From: Octopus vulgaris
Taxonomy: Eukaryota
Assembly (NCBI GenBank): GCA_951406725.2
Contig: OX597825.1
Coordinates: forward strand, 43,152,001-43,216,000
Reading direction: 5' to 3'
DNA length: 64,000 nt
The notes below the pieces were generated by a model. That model searched no databases and had not been told where the DNA came from. It saw only the letters and a list, made by a program, of their open reading frames with translations. A program made the translations under genes and the position numbers. This document shows positions 22,551-36,774 of the stretch, in pieces (position 1 is the first letter of the stretch; the number at the start of each line of letters is the position of its first letter).

Positions 22551-24527
22551 ACGTTTCGAATTATTTGCTTGCTTACTACGTCACCGGTATTGAAACAATT
22601 GAGAAAGTGGTAATTACGCACTATATCCTCAATATTTAGTTGCTCTTTAAATTCTTGATGAGGGGGCCGCGATTCTGATTAAACATGTAAGTGTTAAGGC
22701 TTATAGTTTTATTGTTTAACAGTTTTATTGTCTTTTATTCATTTTAAGTACCTTTAAACATAGCAAGGTTTATAATATTAGTTTATTACAAGTTCTTTTA
22801 TTAGTTTCTATTTAATGAAATTGAAATGTATATTAGTCACCGGTAATTTAATATTATAACTTGAAGTGGTGATATATTAATGAGTATGTAGTACTTTATA
22901 AAAATATTTATTAAATTTAATTCAATCGTGTTTTGTTTTGGAATAAATTTTATAAGTTTTGAACTTTCATCATATTAATATCTATATTATTATATGGACT
23001 TAAAGATGGATCGTAATTTAACATATAATTTAGTTATTGCAGTTTATCATTAATACCGCTATAATATACATTGGTTTAAATGTCTTTTGTAGTTTTAGTA
23101 AGGTTAGTTTTTAATCCTGCCTATATATTGATTAATTGAAATAGCGTGGTTATTAAGCTTTACTTTTATATTACACTACGGAAGACGGTAGGGAATATAT
23201 TTTTTATGACTTAATAGAGATGTCGCTGTTTAGTTATATATTTAGGAGGGGTTGCAATTTACTTATGGAATCTATTTATCGATACGATTGTACATTGGGT
23301 AAATGTGTTGAATGTTTTGGTTTTTTAGGTTTGTTTGTTTGTTCCCAAACAACACTTGTTTTAGTGCTGTTGACACCGCTGGATTGAATGATACTGCCCA
23401 GATGTCGAAGCCATAATGATATCCATGGGGCAGCTGATGGAAGTATGTTGGATTGTTGGTATGGCTGTGGATTAGTATTATAAAACATACTTTTGATATA
23501 TATATAAATATGTGTGTGTGTGTGTGTGTGTGTGTGAGTGTGTGTGTGTAATAGCCCCCAATAAAACCTTTTTAAGAAGTGTTAATTCGAGCTAATTTGC
23601 AGCTAATTTCGGAAAGTTTATTTAAATTGTACTCACATGCCCCGGTGGAATTGTGAGTGTAATGTCCGATAAAAACAAAAATTATAAGCATTAAACCTAA
23701 CTGCCAGAATTTATAAGCAAATAAATAAAGTTTGTGTGAAATATTAGTCCTATCTAAAAATATTTTGCTCATAAGAAGAAAATAATATTTAAATGTGCTA
23801 CTTTTATCATAGAACAAAAAAGAGAATTCATATTTCTGCGAAGCATACAAAGGAAATATTACGCTACCTTAATGTAGATATTTCAAGAGTTTCAGAGAAA
23901 ATATATCAGACAACATCTTTCATCAAAACAAAATATATTTAGTCTATATATTTGTCAGCCCGGGACAGTGTATTCTGGCGAAATTACAATGAAAAGCGTA
24001 CATACATGTAGTCTTTCTCAAAATGTACTTCAAAGTAACTGATGACCACGTAATGACATGTAATTTATAGCCAAGAGCTTTGACGAGATATTTTTAATAA
24101 ATGGAAAACAAAATCGGATTACGTATACATAAATAATACGTATACATAACAGAACATAAATAAGAATGTACATAAATATGTATTCGTAATCATGTACGAT
24201 CTCCAAATCTCCTTTCTCTAATCATGTTATTCATGCCAAATACGAAATATGACTGGTCTGTTTTTGCACAGTATAAGTTATTGTAATTGTAAAGGCAAAT
24301 AAAACTGTCATATATTTTCCAGTGCATAAGTCAATATTGAACAGAAATGGTGTCATAAAAATACACAGTATACAACTAATAGATTTCCGGCAGATATTAT
24401 TAACAAAATATCCTAAAGCTATACTGCTTAATGCTTTCTTTCAACAGACGCTTTTTATTTTACAGAGCTAAACATTATTCTTGGGAAGGTTTCATATCTT
24501 TCAGTTAGCAAATATTTATATGCATAT

Positions 24528-24563
<36 letters not shown>

Positions 24564-24584
24564 ACATACACAAATATATACACA

Positions 24585-24746
24585 TAGCCGCAGGAGTAGT
24601 TGAGTGGTATGACGTTTGCTTCCCAACCTCATGATTCTGTATTCAGCCCCACTGCATAGCGCTTTAGGCAAGTGTCTTGTACTATAACACATGCCGGTCC
24701 AAAGCCAAGTAATTAAGAGTAGTAGACACAATCTGAAAACCTTCAG

Positions 24747-24748
<2 letters not shown>
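24585..24748 (+). mobile_element. Degenerate tRNA-derived SINE 5' part
   Basis: gcaggagtagttgagtggtatgacgtttgcttcccaacc...ggcaagtgtctt. Confidence 0.75.
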
Positions 24749-24778
<30 letters not shown>

Positions 24779-25154
24779 CAGAGAGACAGAGAGACAGACA
24801 GAGACAGACAGAGACAGACAGACAGACAGGCAGACAGACAGACAGATAGACAGGCAGTGAGAGACAGAGTGTTTAAAGTATGATCAACCAAAAGAACACT
24901 GAATCCAGTTAGTGATGAATATAATTTAATATATACAATTTACAAAAGAGCAACTAAAAGTTTCATGATATACGTTACAATAACTAGGCAGATTTATGTA
25001 ACATTCTCTGTATCTCCAAACAATCTTTTACTTCATATTGTTTCAAAATCTTATACACTCAAAATAATGATTATACTTCACCGAACTACGTTTCCTTTGG
25101 CCATTTCCCCATATTTATGTATTTATCGATCTGTTTAGTTACTTACATACCGAA

Positions 25155-25205
<51 letters not shown>

Positions 25206-25234
25206 TATATATATATACATGTGTGTGTGTGTGT

Positions 25235-25960
25235 AACATAATGAAAGAAGGATTTTATCCAGATGATACTTTATTCACTTACATGTATTTGAGAAGATTC
25301 TATGATTTGTAATCACTACATCCTATCTTTTGTTATCTTAATCAATCAATTAATTGATTGATTATTCAACTAATAAATGGATCATTCATCTCAAGAACCA
25401 TTTCCTCAAAGCCTTTAAAGTATTTCTCAAATTTCTTTGAAAGAGAGAGAATCAGATTTAGTGTAATTTGGTAGTTGATAGTAAGCATATCAAATTTATT
25501 CTCGTTATATCTTTTACATTATGGTGAGCTGTTGTAAGGTGTTCTTTTTATCAGATGTTGATGAATTTAAGTCTGCGAGAAAAATGATTAGCAATAGAGA
25601 TTGCTTAATATCTATATTAATTTGTCTGTTAAGGAAGAGAGTGTATTTAAACGTCTCTGTTTAGAGGAATGCAAACCTATGTTCAATAGTAGACGGAAAG
25701 TATTAAATTTTTCTTTATAAAATATCCGAAAATTTCAAGTAAGCAATTGTTAAATTGAATTCAATAAATAAAAACTATTTAAAAAAAGGTAAAAATTTGG
25801 ATTTTATTATTGTAGATTCATGACTGCTTGGCAGGGCGAATTTCGAAATAGTTAGGGAAGCAGTATTTATAACTTAATTTGGTGTAGTGCTTCTTTACCT
25901 TTTCACACTTGTTCCCAAGCCTTTTATTTAAATGTTTTCTCACGGCTCCCTTTTAATATG
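25235..25960 (-). mobile_element. Decayed PLE 3' region (GIY-YIG tail)
   Basis: Minus-strand relics resembling the endonuclease region at 9.5-10 kb; many stops. Confidence 0.4.
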
Positions 25961-25989
25961 CTTATCCGTATATATATATATATATATAT

Positions 25990-26316
25990 AATACAAAATG
26001 GGACAAGAACGCAAAACAACCGGACAGCTAGGTGATACAAAAAGGGAAACAAAACATCCTGATAGACGATACAAAGAATACAAGGACGAGTCATTCGAAG
26101 CCATCTATCTTCAGTCAAGCACCAGATTATCATCGCAATTTTGGCTCATCAAGAATAATCAGTCGAAATTGCGATGATAATCTGGTGCTTGACTGAGGAT
26201 AGAGGGCTTAGAATGATCCGTCCTTGTTTTCTTTGTATCGTCTATCTGGATGTTTTTTTCCCTTTTTGTATCACCTAGCTGTCCGGATGTTTTGTGCACT
26301 TGTCCCATTTTGTATT
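25990..26316. repeat. Palindromic element with diverged arms of about 150 bp, inserted in (TA)n
   Basis: aatacaaaatgggacaag...attatcatcgcaattt mirrored by aaattgcgatgataat...cttgtcccattttgtatt. Confidence 0.9.
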
Positions 26317-26431
26317 ATATATATATATATATATATGTGTGTGTATGTGTGTGTGTGTGTGTATGTGTGTGTGTGTATTGGCGTACTTACACTTTGCTCT
26401 CTCTCACTCTATATATATATATACATATATA

Positions 26432-26837
26432 CAGGAGTGGCTGTGTGGTAAGTAGCTTGCTTATGAACCGCATGTTTCCGTGTTCAGCCCCAGTGCGTAG
26501 CACCTTGGGCAAGTGTCTTCTACTATAGCCTCGGGCCGACCAAAGCCTTGTGAGTGGATTTGATAGACGTAAACTGAAGGAAGCCTGTCGTATGTACGTG
26601 TATATATATATATACGTGTGTGTATGTGTTTGGGTGTCTGTGTTTGTCCCCCCAACATCGCTTGACAACCGATGGTGGTGTGTTTACGACCCGTAACTTA
26701 GCCATTCGGCAAAAAGATACCAATAGAATAAGTACTAGGCTTACAAAGAATAAGTCCTGGGGTCGATTTGCTCGACTAAAGGCGGTGCTCCAGCATGGCC
26801 GCAGTCAAATGACTGAAATAAGTAAACGAGTAAAAGA

Positions 26838-26838
<1 letters not shown>
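26432..26838 (+). mobile_element. Full-length tRNA-derived SINE with internal microsatellite
   Basis: ggagtggctgtgtggtaagtagcttgc..gttcagccccagtgcg..ccttgggcaagtgtcttctactatagcc..ctccagcatggccgcagtc. Confidence 0.9.
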
Positions 26839-26873
<35 letters not shown>

Positions 26874-27179
26874 AAATCATGCAGTGGGAGGGAGTAGCAG
26901 AAAGAGTAGTATAAATGAAGGGAAAGGAGAGAAAATAGTAATTCAGTTAAGGAGTAGTGAGAGAAATAACCATGACTGAGAGAAAGTAAAAGCAATGAGA
27001 GAAAAGCAGTGGCAAAGAGAGCGTCGTCATTATATGTGCTTGCAGAAGCTTCCGAATAAAATAGGGTTGCTGGTCACTGAGACGAATCATTTCACATGTA
27101 AAATGTTTTGTTTACATTTTACGAAGATCATTTTCTTTAATATTTCGGTTCCAATGTGTGTGTGTGTGCATGATTGCAT

Positions 27180-30100
27180 TATATAGTATTTGTTATCAGT
27201 TCACTGCTTATTTTAGTTATTAGCAATCGCACATCTTATTTACACTGTATAGTGTTTGTTATCAGTTCACTGATACTTTTAGTCATCCGTACTCTCATAA
27301 CGTACTTACGGTATATAGTGTTTGTTAGCCATTGACTGATACTCTTTCTTCTGCTATGGAGAATGAAGCTAACAGAAGACAACTGTTATCCAGAGAGAGA
27401 CAAAGGCGGAGAAAAGCTAGTCTCACTCAGGTAGAACTAGACGCAAGAAGATTAATAAAATAGATAAGAAAATATATTATTAAATCAACCGCAGGAATTG
27501 AGACAAGAGAGAAGAGCACAATATACAAAATGATAGGCTCGAAAACGTCAAAATGACAAGGAGAGCTATCCAAAGACTGAAAGCAGCACAAAAGCGCCAA
27601 GATGAAGCAGAACAGCAAGCAGCAGAGAGGAGAGAAGATCAAAGAATGATAGCTTCATAAAGGCGGCAAGATAAAACGGAAGAGCTAGCAGCACAAAGGA
27701 GAGAAATCGAATGAGAGGGAACGTCGCAAAGGCGCCAAGGTGAAACGGAAGAGTAAGCAGCAGAGAATAAAGAAGGAGTAATAGTGTGTGTGTGTGAGAG
27801 AGAGAGAAGAGTCTTAGACTTGAGAATAAAACTGAAGAAAAAGCATTGTTCGCAGAGAGCGAATGAGGAGAAGAATGGAAGAATTAGTTAATATTGAAAC
27901 GGTAGAACGAAGAAATAATCAAAGGCAGCAGAATGCAAACGCCATGAGCGTTGTGCAAAGAGTTGGAAATCATATAAATTTACTAAATAATCATGCTTAG
28001 TTTTGTAGAGCCAAATATTTTGCGTCAGAGCGACCATCGGACGTATGCTTTAGCTGCCATAAATAGAAAGTCCTGCCTCCGATTAGAAGAGAATTTCCCC
28101 CATACTTACGATGTCTGTTGTCAGACCCTCAACATCCACATTATGTTAACTTCAAAGTAAACATAAGGTCATACAACTCTGCTCTATCTTTCGCATCTAT
28201 GGGTGCTCACAATGATGACTCACAATGATGAGGTCCATTCTACTTCAGAGTGTACAACCAGGTTTATCACAGAACTTCGCATATGCATACTGCTGAGGAC
28301 CAATAGATGCAATTTGCGCAACTGTATGTTGTTGACAGCGTTCAAGCCACCGCAGTGTGGGCTTTGAATGCAGCAAATGGAAGATGTATACCTGGGGTGA
28401 TGCACAAATTGGATGAGATTTTTTTCTGCTGTATGCACAAGGCCAGAAATTTAGGGGGGGGCAGTCGATTAGATCGACCCCAGAACGCAACTGGTACTTA
28501 ATTTATCGACCCCGAAAGGATGAAAAGCAAAGTTGACCTCGGCAGAATTTGAACTCAGAACGTAAAGACAGACAAAACACCACTAAGCATTTCATCCGGC
28601 GTGTTAATGTTTCTGCAAGCTCGCTACCTTATTGGATGAGATTATCAGACAACAATGTCTATACTGCATCTTAATGAACATTACGAGAAGTAGTATTACA
28701 TGAGGAGAAGCATGCCCAACAGGAACAGAGGCCTGTGTCTTTCGTAAATTTAGTCTTCAACAAGGATCGCACTGCTGATAAACGGAAATACAATTTACCA
28801 ACAGTTAATGAAATAGAGTCTTTTTCCTCGGCGGCCCTGGAGATACGGGAAAGACCTACTTTTACAATACATTGATAGCTTCACTAAGAATGCAAAACAA
28901 GTGTGTCCTTTCTTCTGCTACTACAAGCATAGCTGCTGATTTGCTCATTGACGGAAGGACAGTTCACTGTGGACTCAAGCTACCTGTCCCATTGCATGGT
29001 AGTTCCACCTCTCACATGAGAATCCCTTCAGAGTCATCTGAATATTTAAAGCAGGCTCACCTTTTAATTATTGATGAAGCATCAATGCTAACATGCAATG
29101 CTCTGAGAGTCATTGATCTGCTGCTGAGGCAAATAATGAATTTGCCCTGACCATTCGGTGGAAAAGTGCCGCTACATGGTAGAGACTTCAGACAAACTGC
29201 ACCTGTCACCCCAAGAGGATCCAATGCAGCAGTAATTGAATCCTCAAGCAATCTCCTCTCTGACATTTCATTACAAAGCTTAGTTTGACAGAAAATATGC
29301 GCATGGCTGGACAAGATGACTTCAACAGGTGGCACTTAGAGGCTGGAAGGATTGGGAGAATGGAAGGAAGGGAAGAAAACCACATAGAAATTCCCCAAAA
29401 TATAGTATCTGCAAATAATATTGTTAGAGAAGTTATTTGGGGGGTTGGGAGGAGGAGAGAATTATAAGTCAATGATAAGGCAGTTGAAAGAGTGCCATCG
29501 ACAATCATTTTGTCACCTAAAAACAAAGATTCTCTTCACATAAATACTGATATAATGTCATTATTGCCTGGTGAGGCAACAATCTGCAGAAGCGTTGACA
29601 CCATTATTGAAGAAAATAACGAAGCTGTTATACATTAACCCGTTGCATTTTTTAAATAGACTGACGCTTTCCGGGATGCCACCTCGTATACAGACCTTGA
29701 AGAGGCATTCGATATTCATGTTGCTAAAGAACCTGAATCTAATGAGGGATTCAGTCAATGGGGACCCGGATGTGAGTGCTATTCATCAAGAATTTTTTCA
29801 TTCATGGAAAAATACTTAGTGGAAGTAAAAAAAGAGCGGAGGCCTTTTTTTCGTGCATTTACCTCCGTCCCAGTGAGACAATTCTTCCCTGTACTAGGAG
29901 TAGACGACAGTTTCCTGTTATCTCAGTATTTGCAATGACTATAAACAAATCACAAGGGCAGAGTTTCAATAATGTTGGCATGAACCTCCCATCACCAGTA
30001 TTCAGCCATGGACAACTTTATGTTGCATTAAGTAGAAGAAGAAGCAATAATAATATTAAAATGTTGGTGAAGAACCGTTAAAAACAAGTCGAACTCATTG

Positions 30101-30222
30101 GTGGTAGGGTTATTACAAGAAATGTAGTGTTTAAACTGTTATTAAGATAAAGGTTGTAATCTTTTCATTTTATTTTCCGTATAATTTTCATGCCGTCATT
30201 TCTGACGTCACGGTTACACCAG
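27180..30222 (+). mobile_element. Degenerate Helitron with the Rep domain deleted
   Basis: Three 5' subterminal repeats of about 65 bp (27180-27340; boundary approximate); E/R-rich repeats; NIRSYNSALSFASMG; FAQLYVVD; YNLPTVNEI joined to FLGGPGDTGKTY; RRQFPV..FAMTINKSQGQS..VFSHGQLYVALSR; 3' hairpin tgccgtca-tttc-tgacgtca then CCAG|T at 30222. Confidence 0.9.
28421..28630 (-). mobile_element. SINE inserted in the Helitron ORF, 13-bp TSD
   Basis: ATTGGATGAGATT at 28408-28420 and 28631-28643. Confidence 0.9.
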
Positions 30223-30224
30223 TA

Positions 30225-30441
30225 TTCTTATTTCTTTAATTTTTTTTATTTGTTTCAGACTGCGACCATGCTGGAGCACCACCTTTAGTCAAACAAATCG
30301 ACCCCAGGATTTATTTTTTGTAAGCCTAGTACTTATTCTATTGGTCTCTTTTGCCAAACCAGTAAGTTACAGTGACATACACATACCAACATCGGTTGTC
30401 AAGCGATGGTGGAGGTACAAACACAGACAAACACATTCCCC

Positions 30442-30501
<60 letters not shown>

Positions 30502-30653
30502 CGACGGCTTCTTTCAGTTTCCGTCTACAAAATCCACTCACAAAGCTTTATTAGGCCCGAGGCTATAGTAGAAGACACTTGCCCAAGGTGCCATGGGACT
30601 TAATCCGGAAACATGTGGTTAGTAAGCAACTACTTACCTTACAGCCAATCCTG
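30225..30653 (-). mobile_element. tRNA-derived SINE, same family as 26432-26835
   Basis: Reverse-complement match over the whole length. Confidence 0.9.
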
Positions 30654-30674
30654 TATATATAAGAAATTTTGAAT

Positions 30675-30746
30675 TTAGTTCACGGACCGCCAGTCCTCTC
30701 TTTGCAAACCACCAGTGGTCCCCAGACCCCCGGTCGGGAACCACTG
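30675..30746 (-). mobile_element. hAT-type MITE terminus
   Basis: Ends in gggaaccactg (CAGTGGTTCCC, typical hAT/Charlie TIR); shares ctggtggtttgcaaa with about 12310. Confidence 0.5.
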
Positions 30747-31014
30747 ATTTAGTGGATAGATCGAAATTCAGTAAACTATGATCAAAATCCAGGTGAGTTG
30801 AGAGAGGATTTCTTATAACATTTAATTATGTATGGGTTCAAGATGAAGAAATATAATCATTAGGAGAGTATCCAAATTATTGAATTATATATTTGTACTC
30901 GTGTAAGCTAATTATTTAAGATATATTTGAAATGCTAAGTATGTTTTACAGTATGAAAGAGAAATTAATCAAAAGTTTATTAAATTTATTCAGTCGTAGT
31001 TACATTTGTTTACT

Positions 31015-31558
31015 TCCAACTCATACCTGGGCAATTGAAATCTGGGACAACTGATATATAGGACAACTCATACCAGGTATAAAGCGATAAAGATTTAATT
31101 TTGAAAGAAAAATGTAGATTAAATAACCGCACACACATACACATACCACACACGCGCACACACATATAGACACACCAAATACACACACATACAGACACAC
31201 CACACACATGGACACACACATACACACACACCACATACACGCGCAAAAACACACCACACACAGAAACGCACACATACACAACAAAACCACACACAAATAT
31301 ACACCACACGCACCACATATCTACACACACATCACACACACATCACCCACCACACACACACCACGCACACGCCCGCATCTCCCCGCACATACATCCACTA
31401 CACACGCAAAATTTCTTTCAAAATTAAATATTTGTAACATTATACCTGTTATGAGTTGTCCTAGACATCCATTATCCAGGTATGAGGTGTTTGAAATGAA
31501 TTGTCCGGAAATGGGTTGGCCTGTTATCAGTTGCCTCCTTATCAGTTGCCCTAGAACC
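31015..31558. mobile_element. MITE-like element with inverted arms of short subterminal repeats around a CA-rich spacer
   Basis: ggacaactcataccaggtataa..taattttgaaagaaa mirrored by tttctttcaaaatta..ttatacctgttatgagttgtcc; repeated ttatcagttgcc. Confidence 0.7.
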
Positions 31559-33499
31559 GGACATTATACCAGAAATCTTTCTACTACGTGTTCTAGTTTC
31601 GCTAGAATATTTTAGATTATAATTGATATGTATATTACTAAAAGTTTGTATATTTTCGTCGATAATATTATATAAAACTCAGCTCCAGAGCCAGGTCACT
31701 TCTTCCTACATATATTACTGCAAATTCTATAGCCAATTAGCCCAGTCTGCCGAAGAAGTGAATAAATTCACATGAAACCAAAGTCATGTGAGCTATATAC
31801 TTCTATTTTTCCCTTACTAAAATACTTCTTATCGATCCTATTTTCACATCCCTCTGCCTGATTAACTCTATTACCATGATAATTTTAATTCAAATCCCCG
31901 ATGTATGTACTCTACTGTACTTCAGTGTATTTGCGTTCGTTATGTTGGAAAATTTCCTTGTTAGTTCAGAGTCTACACAGTCTAAAAAAGAGATCTTTCA
32001 TGAAAACGTAATGCTCGAGGATTGTTAGAACGTCTATTGACATATTTACAGTTGCCATTAGGTTTGCAATACGGATGATAAGGTCCAGTACTGACATCTA
32101 ATGTAACGTCCACGCTGTAATTTTCCAGTGTACTCTTTCTATACACCAGAAGAAAGCGCCCTATGCTTTTGAAAAATTGAGTAATTTTCTGACAATTACG
32201 TCCTAACTCATTGTTATCACATTATAGAATCTAAACAAAGTGTCATCCCTATGGAGACCAATCTCTAGCCTAGGGAACAATTTATTAATGCAATGTCAGT
32301 TATTAATGCGTACTTGATCTGTAGCTTGCGCGAGTCGCAAGGGGTGCTTACCGATTTACTTGGAGCTAATCGTTATTCTCATTCATCCATTCATTCTCTC
32401 TCTCTTTCTCCCTCTTTACAAACTCTCTCTCTTTCTCCCTCTCTCTATTTCTCTCTCTCCGTCTCTCTTTCTCCCTCCTCTTTCTCTCTCTCTGTATGTA
32501 TATGTATATATACACATACATAGAATGCATATATATGTAAACACATACATATATATATAATACATTTATGTAAACTTATATATGTATGTATGTCTATATA
32601 TTTATTTATATATATATGCATATATGTCTGTGTGAGTGTGTAAGTGTATATACCCGAGTATGTCTATGACAGAGAAGTAGCTGTTTGATAGTATAAGACT
32701 GATATAACTAGTAATATATTGTATCCTACGATGCACATAGAATTACTAAAAAGGTGAAAAAAATATTTTACAAAATTTATAAACTGAGAGATTTTTCTGA
32801 CAGAATAAAAAAAATCACAAGTAGTTGGTAGAAATCACCAATAAGAGCACAAAAATTGTTTTTATAAAATTCATTTGAAACAAAAATAAATATTAATATT
32901 TTAATGCAACTAAAAATATATCGAATTGAAAAAAATTAATGAAAACTACTCACACTCTACACGTCTAATATTTTCAATATCAAAGCAGAGAGTTCAGCAG
33001 AAAATTAAGTTGAAGAACGTTAGAATAGTACATACACAGAAATTAAAATGTTTTTATACACATACAGAATAAAATTTACACATAGAAAACACAGACACAT
33101 ATATACACGTATGTATATGAGTATGTATGTATGTATGTATGTAGGTATGTATGTATGTATGTATGTATGTATGTATGTATGTATGTATGTATGTATGCGT
33201 GTGTGTGTGTGTGTGTGTATACATGCATACATATGACGGCTATGTATATCTATATATTTTTATGTGTGTGTCTGTGTATAATGCTGAAATATCAAGGATT
33301 TTATTATCAATACAATGGTGTGTTTTTATTCAAGTACAAAAGAAAATTAATAACCCCCCACCACCACCACCACCACCACAATACGCACAATGACCATTCG
33401 TTTAAATATAGTATTCCGGAACTAAACGGTACTGAACCGAATAATTTATTAAGAGACAAAAATCACAATGTATAATACTGTCATAATCCAGCCATTTAT

Positions 33500-34400
33500 C
33501 CACAAAATACATACACACATGCTGACGATATAAAGGAAGGCATAAACAAATATTTGCAGAGAGCCATACAGTCACTTACATAGTGTTTCAAAGAGGTACA
33601 GAAATAAGCTGAATAGAAACAAAGGTGAAGGAGATTAATTTCAAATGGAACATAATGTCCGGTGTACTATTAAATATAGGTCTCGAGTTTCCTCCAGTTC
33701 ACCGGACCAGCTTCAAAAATATATACCATTTTGATCGTTATTTCACCTCTCACCTACAAATAGCTCAACTACTTCTTTATCAAATTATAATACCTTCTAC
33801 TCTGCTCTACAATTCAGATCAACCATTTTTACCATGTCTTCACTTTCCTGTTACTATTGACCAAACAAACTCATCCGCCTCTTCCGCTTCTACGTTTATG
33901 ACCTCGGATTTGAGTCCTAGTCATGGTGTGTACTTTGCCAATTCATACAACGCTGATTCGAGACAGCAGTTTATACTACCAGCTTCTCTACGCAGGATGT
34001 CGATAATGTGTCCAGTTTTAAGTTTTGTGGCTTCGTCATACCAACCGTCGTCCCTTTCCTCGCAGAGACAATCCCCTAAATTGTAAATTTGCTGCTCTGG
34101 TGGATACCTCCTAAATCCTCCGACACCTTTAATATGACCCTACGCTTTCTCAAATTGTTTACCCTAAGACCTTTTTCTTACTTTTGAAGTATCCGTCAAA
34201 TGTGTAACTTACTGTTGTGTAGTTCATCCACTGCATGCTAGTTTACCAACATCTCACATACCCTACAGCTATTTCTGACTTCACAATCCCCTTTCCCCTT
34301 TCTCTCATTATGATGTCTTTCTGCCACGTGGCACAATGACCATAGCACATTCATGATCACTTAAATAGTTATTTCTTACTTTCTGTCAGAGGAAAGGAAG
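33500..34400 (-). pseudogene. Possible very decayed LINE ORF2 relic
   Basis: Purine-rich minus strand with fragments such as FKSKKGLR and LEETRD; no clean motif. Confidence 0.25.
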
Positions 34401-36774
34401 CACTATTGTCTGAAATATCGAACAGACATTTAATGTTTCCTTACATCAACTACGCGATGCAACTATGATCTAGGAGATATGTTTCTTTTTCGGTTTATGT
34501 ACCACTTAGTTATTTGGTACACAGATTAAGACATCTACATTAACCTATTACTACCATTTCGGATTATACTGAATTCGCTATTATGATTTTCATTTCTTGG
34601 TCGCGCTGTTTTGTAATTTTCGCTATTGTAGACATTGTACCTCTCGTTTATATTTATTCTGTTCTTAGTCCATCATTACAGTAATACGTTTGTACAATTA
34701 AACGTTTTGAGTTTAGTATTGATATTCTTTTGATGATAGTATTCATTTTTATTATTTGATTAGTTTATTAGTGAGTGGCAGAGAACTTTAGCGATATTTA
34801 GTAGTCTTCCTTACGAAATTGTGTAATGTAGCTCACACCAATAAATATGTTTAACCTTATTTCTAAAAGCTTAAATAACTTAGTTTAATTCTGGTAAATA
34901 TTTTCAAGTTGAAATCAGTTGATACATCTATTGATATGTTTCTAAATTTGCTTAGGTAATCGTTATCCTAGAAATAACATTGCTAATGTCTTAATGTTAT
35001 CTACTTTCTAAGACTTTATCAAATTCTAAGACTTTATCAAAGAAAAAATAGCAATATGTCATTATAAACATCTTATACGCTAATGGAAAATACATAAAGC
35101 GATGGATTTTCAGAGGAAAGTCAAGTTATTGTATTCGTAAATTCTTTCAAAAGCGTCTGAAAATGAAACTAAATCTAAATAATTTTAATTGAAAGAAATT
35201 TCCATTTTAATGTTACAGTTTCTGAAATACTCTCAATTACGTTTTAACTAATAATAAATAACAGAATGTAAACATTTCCAGAAATCAATGACAAGCAAGT
35301 AGAGCTCTTTTGAACAACTAAACATGTATTGTTAACAGGAATCTTAGCAATTGTGGTAAATAAGATATATCATTTGCAGGACGAAATATACAACATTCTT
35401 TAGACACCACACAATGAAACAGTATGGACTATACAGAAATGAAAATATTATTGAAGTTTCACTTCTCTGCTACAAACCCGCTGCACCATATACCCAAACG
35501 TCATGGAATGTAATAATTGAAAATCCTAGAAATTACAGTCACTTTGACAGTCTTTTGTTCTTGGTTTTATTATTAAATTGGATGAAGAAAACATAAATAA
35601 TTTCATTTTTGCAAGTCTAGAAACCAATTGAGCCTACCGTTACCTATTATTAAACACACGATTTGACGATAATAGATTCGAAAACGTGTCACTATCTTGG
35701 TTTAACCAGCACTGGGCCGCTTCAGTGTGCAATTTTGGGAATATTTATTAAAGCTATCTTCCTTTGTGTGTGTGAATCATGCATCACCAAGAAAATAATG
35801 AAGGTTACGTCCCTTAATTCTATATAGCAACTTTTCTGGCGCTATTTGGACTTCAGTTTCTAATAAGGTTCAAGATACATGTATGGAACCTTTTACGCTG
35901 CAATAATATACATATACTGTTGCAGAACGATAACATTATACAATGGAGACTTTATGTGAATTTATGTTAGATACCAATTTTGATTTCATTTCAAAGCGAA
36001 TTTGAGACAAACTGTCACTAAAAGTTATTAAATGAAGATATCATACAAACACAATTTTAGAGGAATATGCATGCAAGGAATGAACATTTAACAAATCAAA
36101 TATGAAATATGGATTTAGGTGTTTACATATCTTATCTGAATTTTCCACGGCCTTTAACAAATTATGCTATTATTTTGTTTTCATTTAAATTAAAATAATT
36201 GCGCCCAGTAATAAGACGTGTGAATATAAGCGGTTGTTCTGAATCATTGACGACAGTTGGCAATATATTAAAGGCTTTATTTATTTATTGGTTTATTCAC
36301 TTTTTGAAATACTGATGTAAATATTTATGTTAACGAAGTATCTATATGAATGGCCGTAATAATATTTATGTTCATGTTTAAGATCGTAAAGATGTAAAAG
36401 GATAATAAGATGCATTATAGAAAAGAAACCTTGTAGCGAAGTAAAATTATGAAAATATAAAGAAATCAGTAAAAAAAAGTCTGAAAATAGCAGCAGTAAG
36501 AAAAGTTACATCAAAATATCGATTTATCAATCCATATACATACATATATACATACATACCCGTTTATACATTCTAATTTGTTCAAACTTTACTGTGTAGA
36601 CGCAGCCCTTCGCCGGCAATAAAAAAATGCCAACTTTTAAAACCGAAAATTATCCAAAGGCTTATAATACTTAAACATATCAAGGGGAAATGGAAAATGA
36701 ATTAAAATTTTCACTTCCAGTGGTCTAACGTGTAAAAATTTAGTCTAAAAACACTATGTATTAATCATAAATTT

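Noticed and set aside
33625-34086. 153-aa plus-strand ORF
   Set aside because: GTG start, no recognisable domain; probably antisense to a decayed element.
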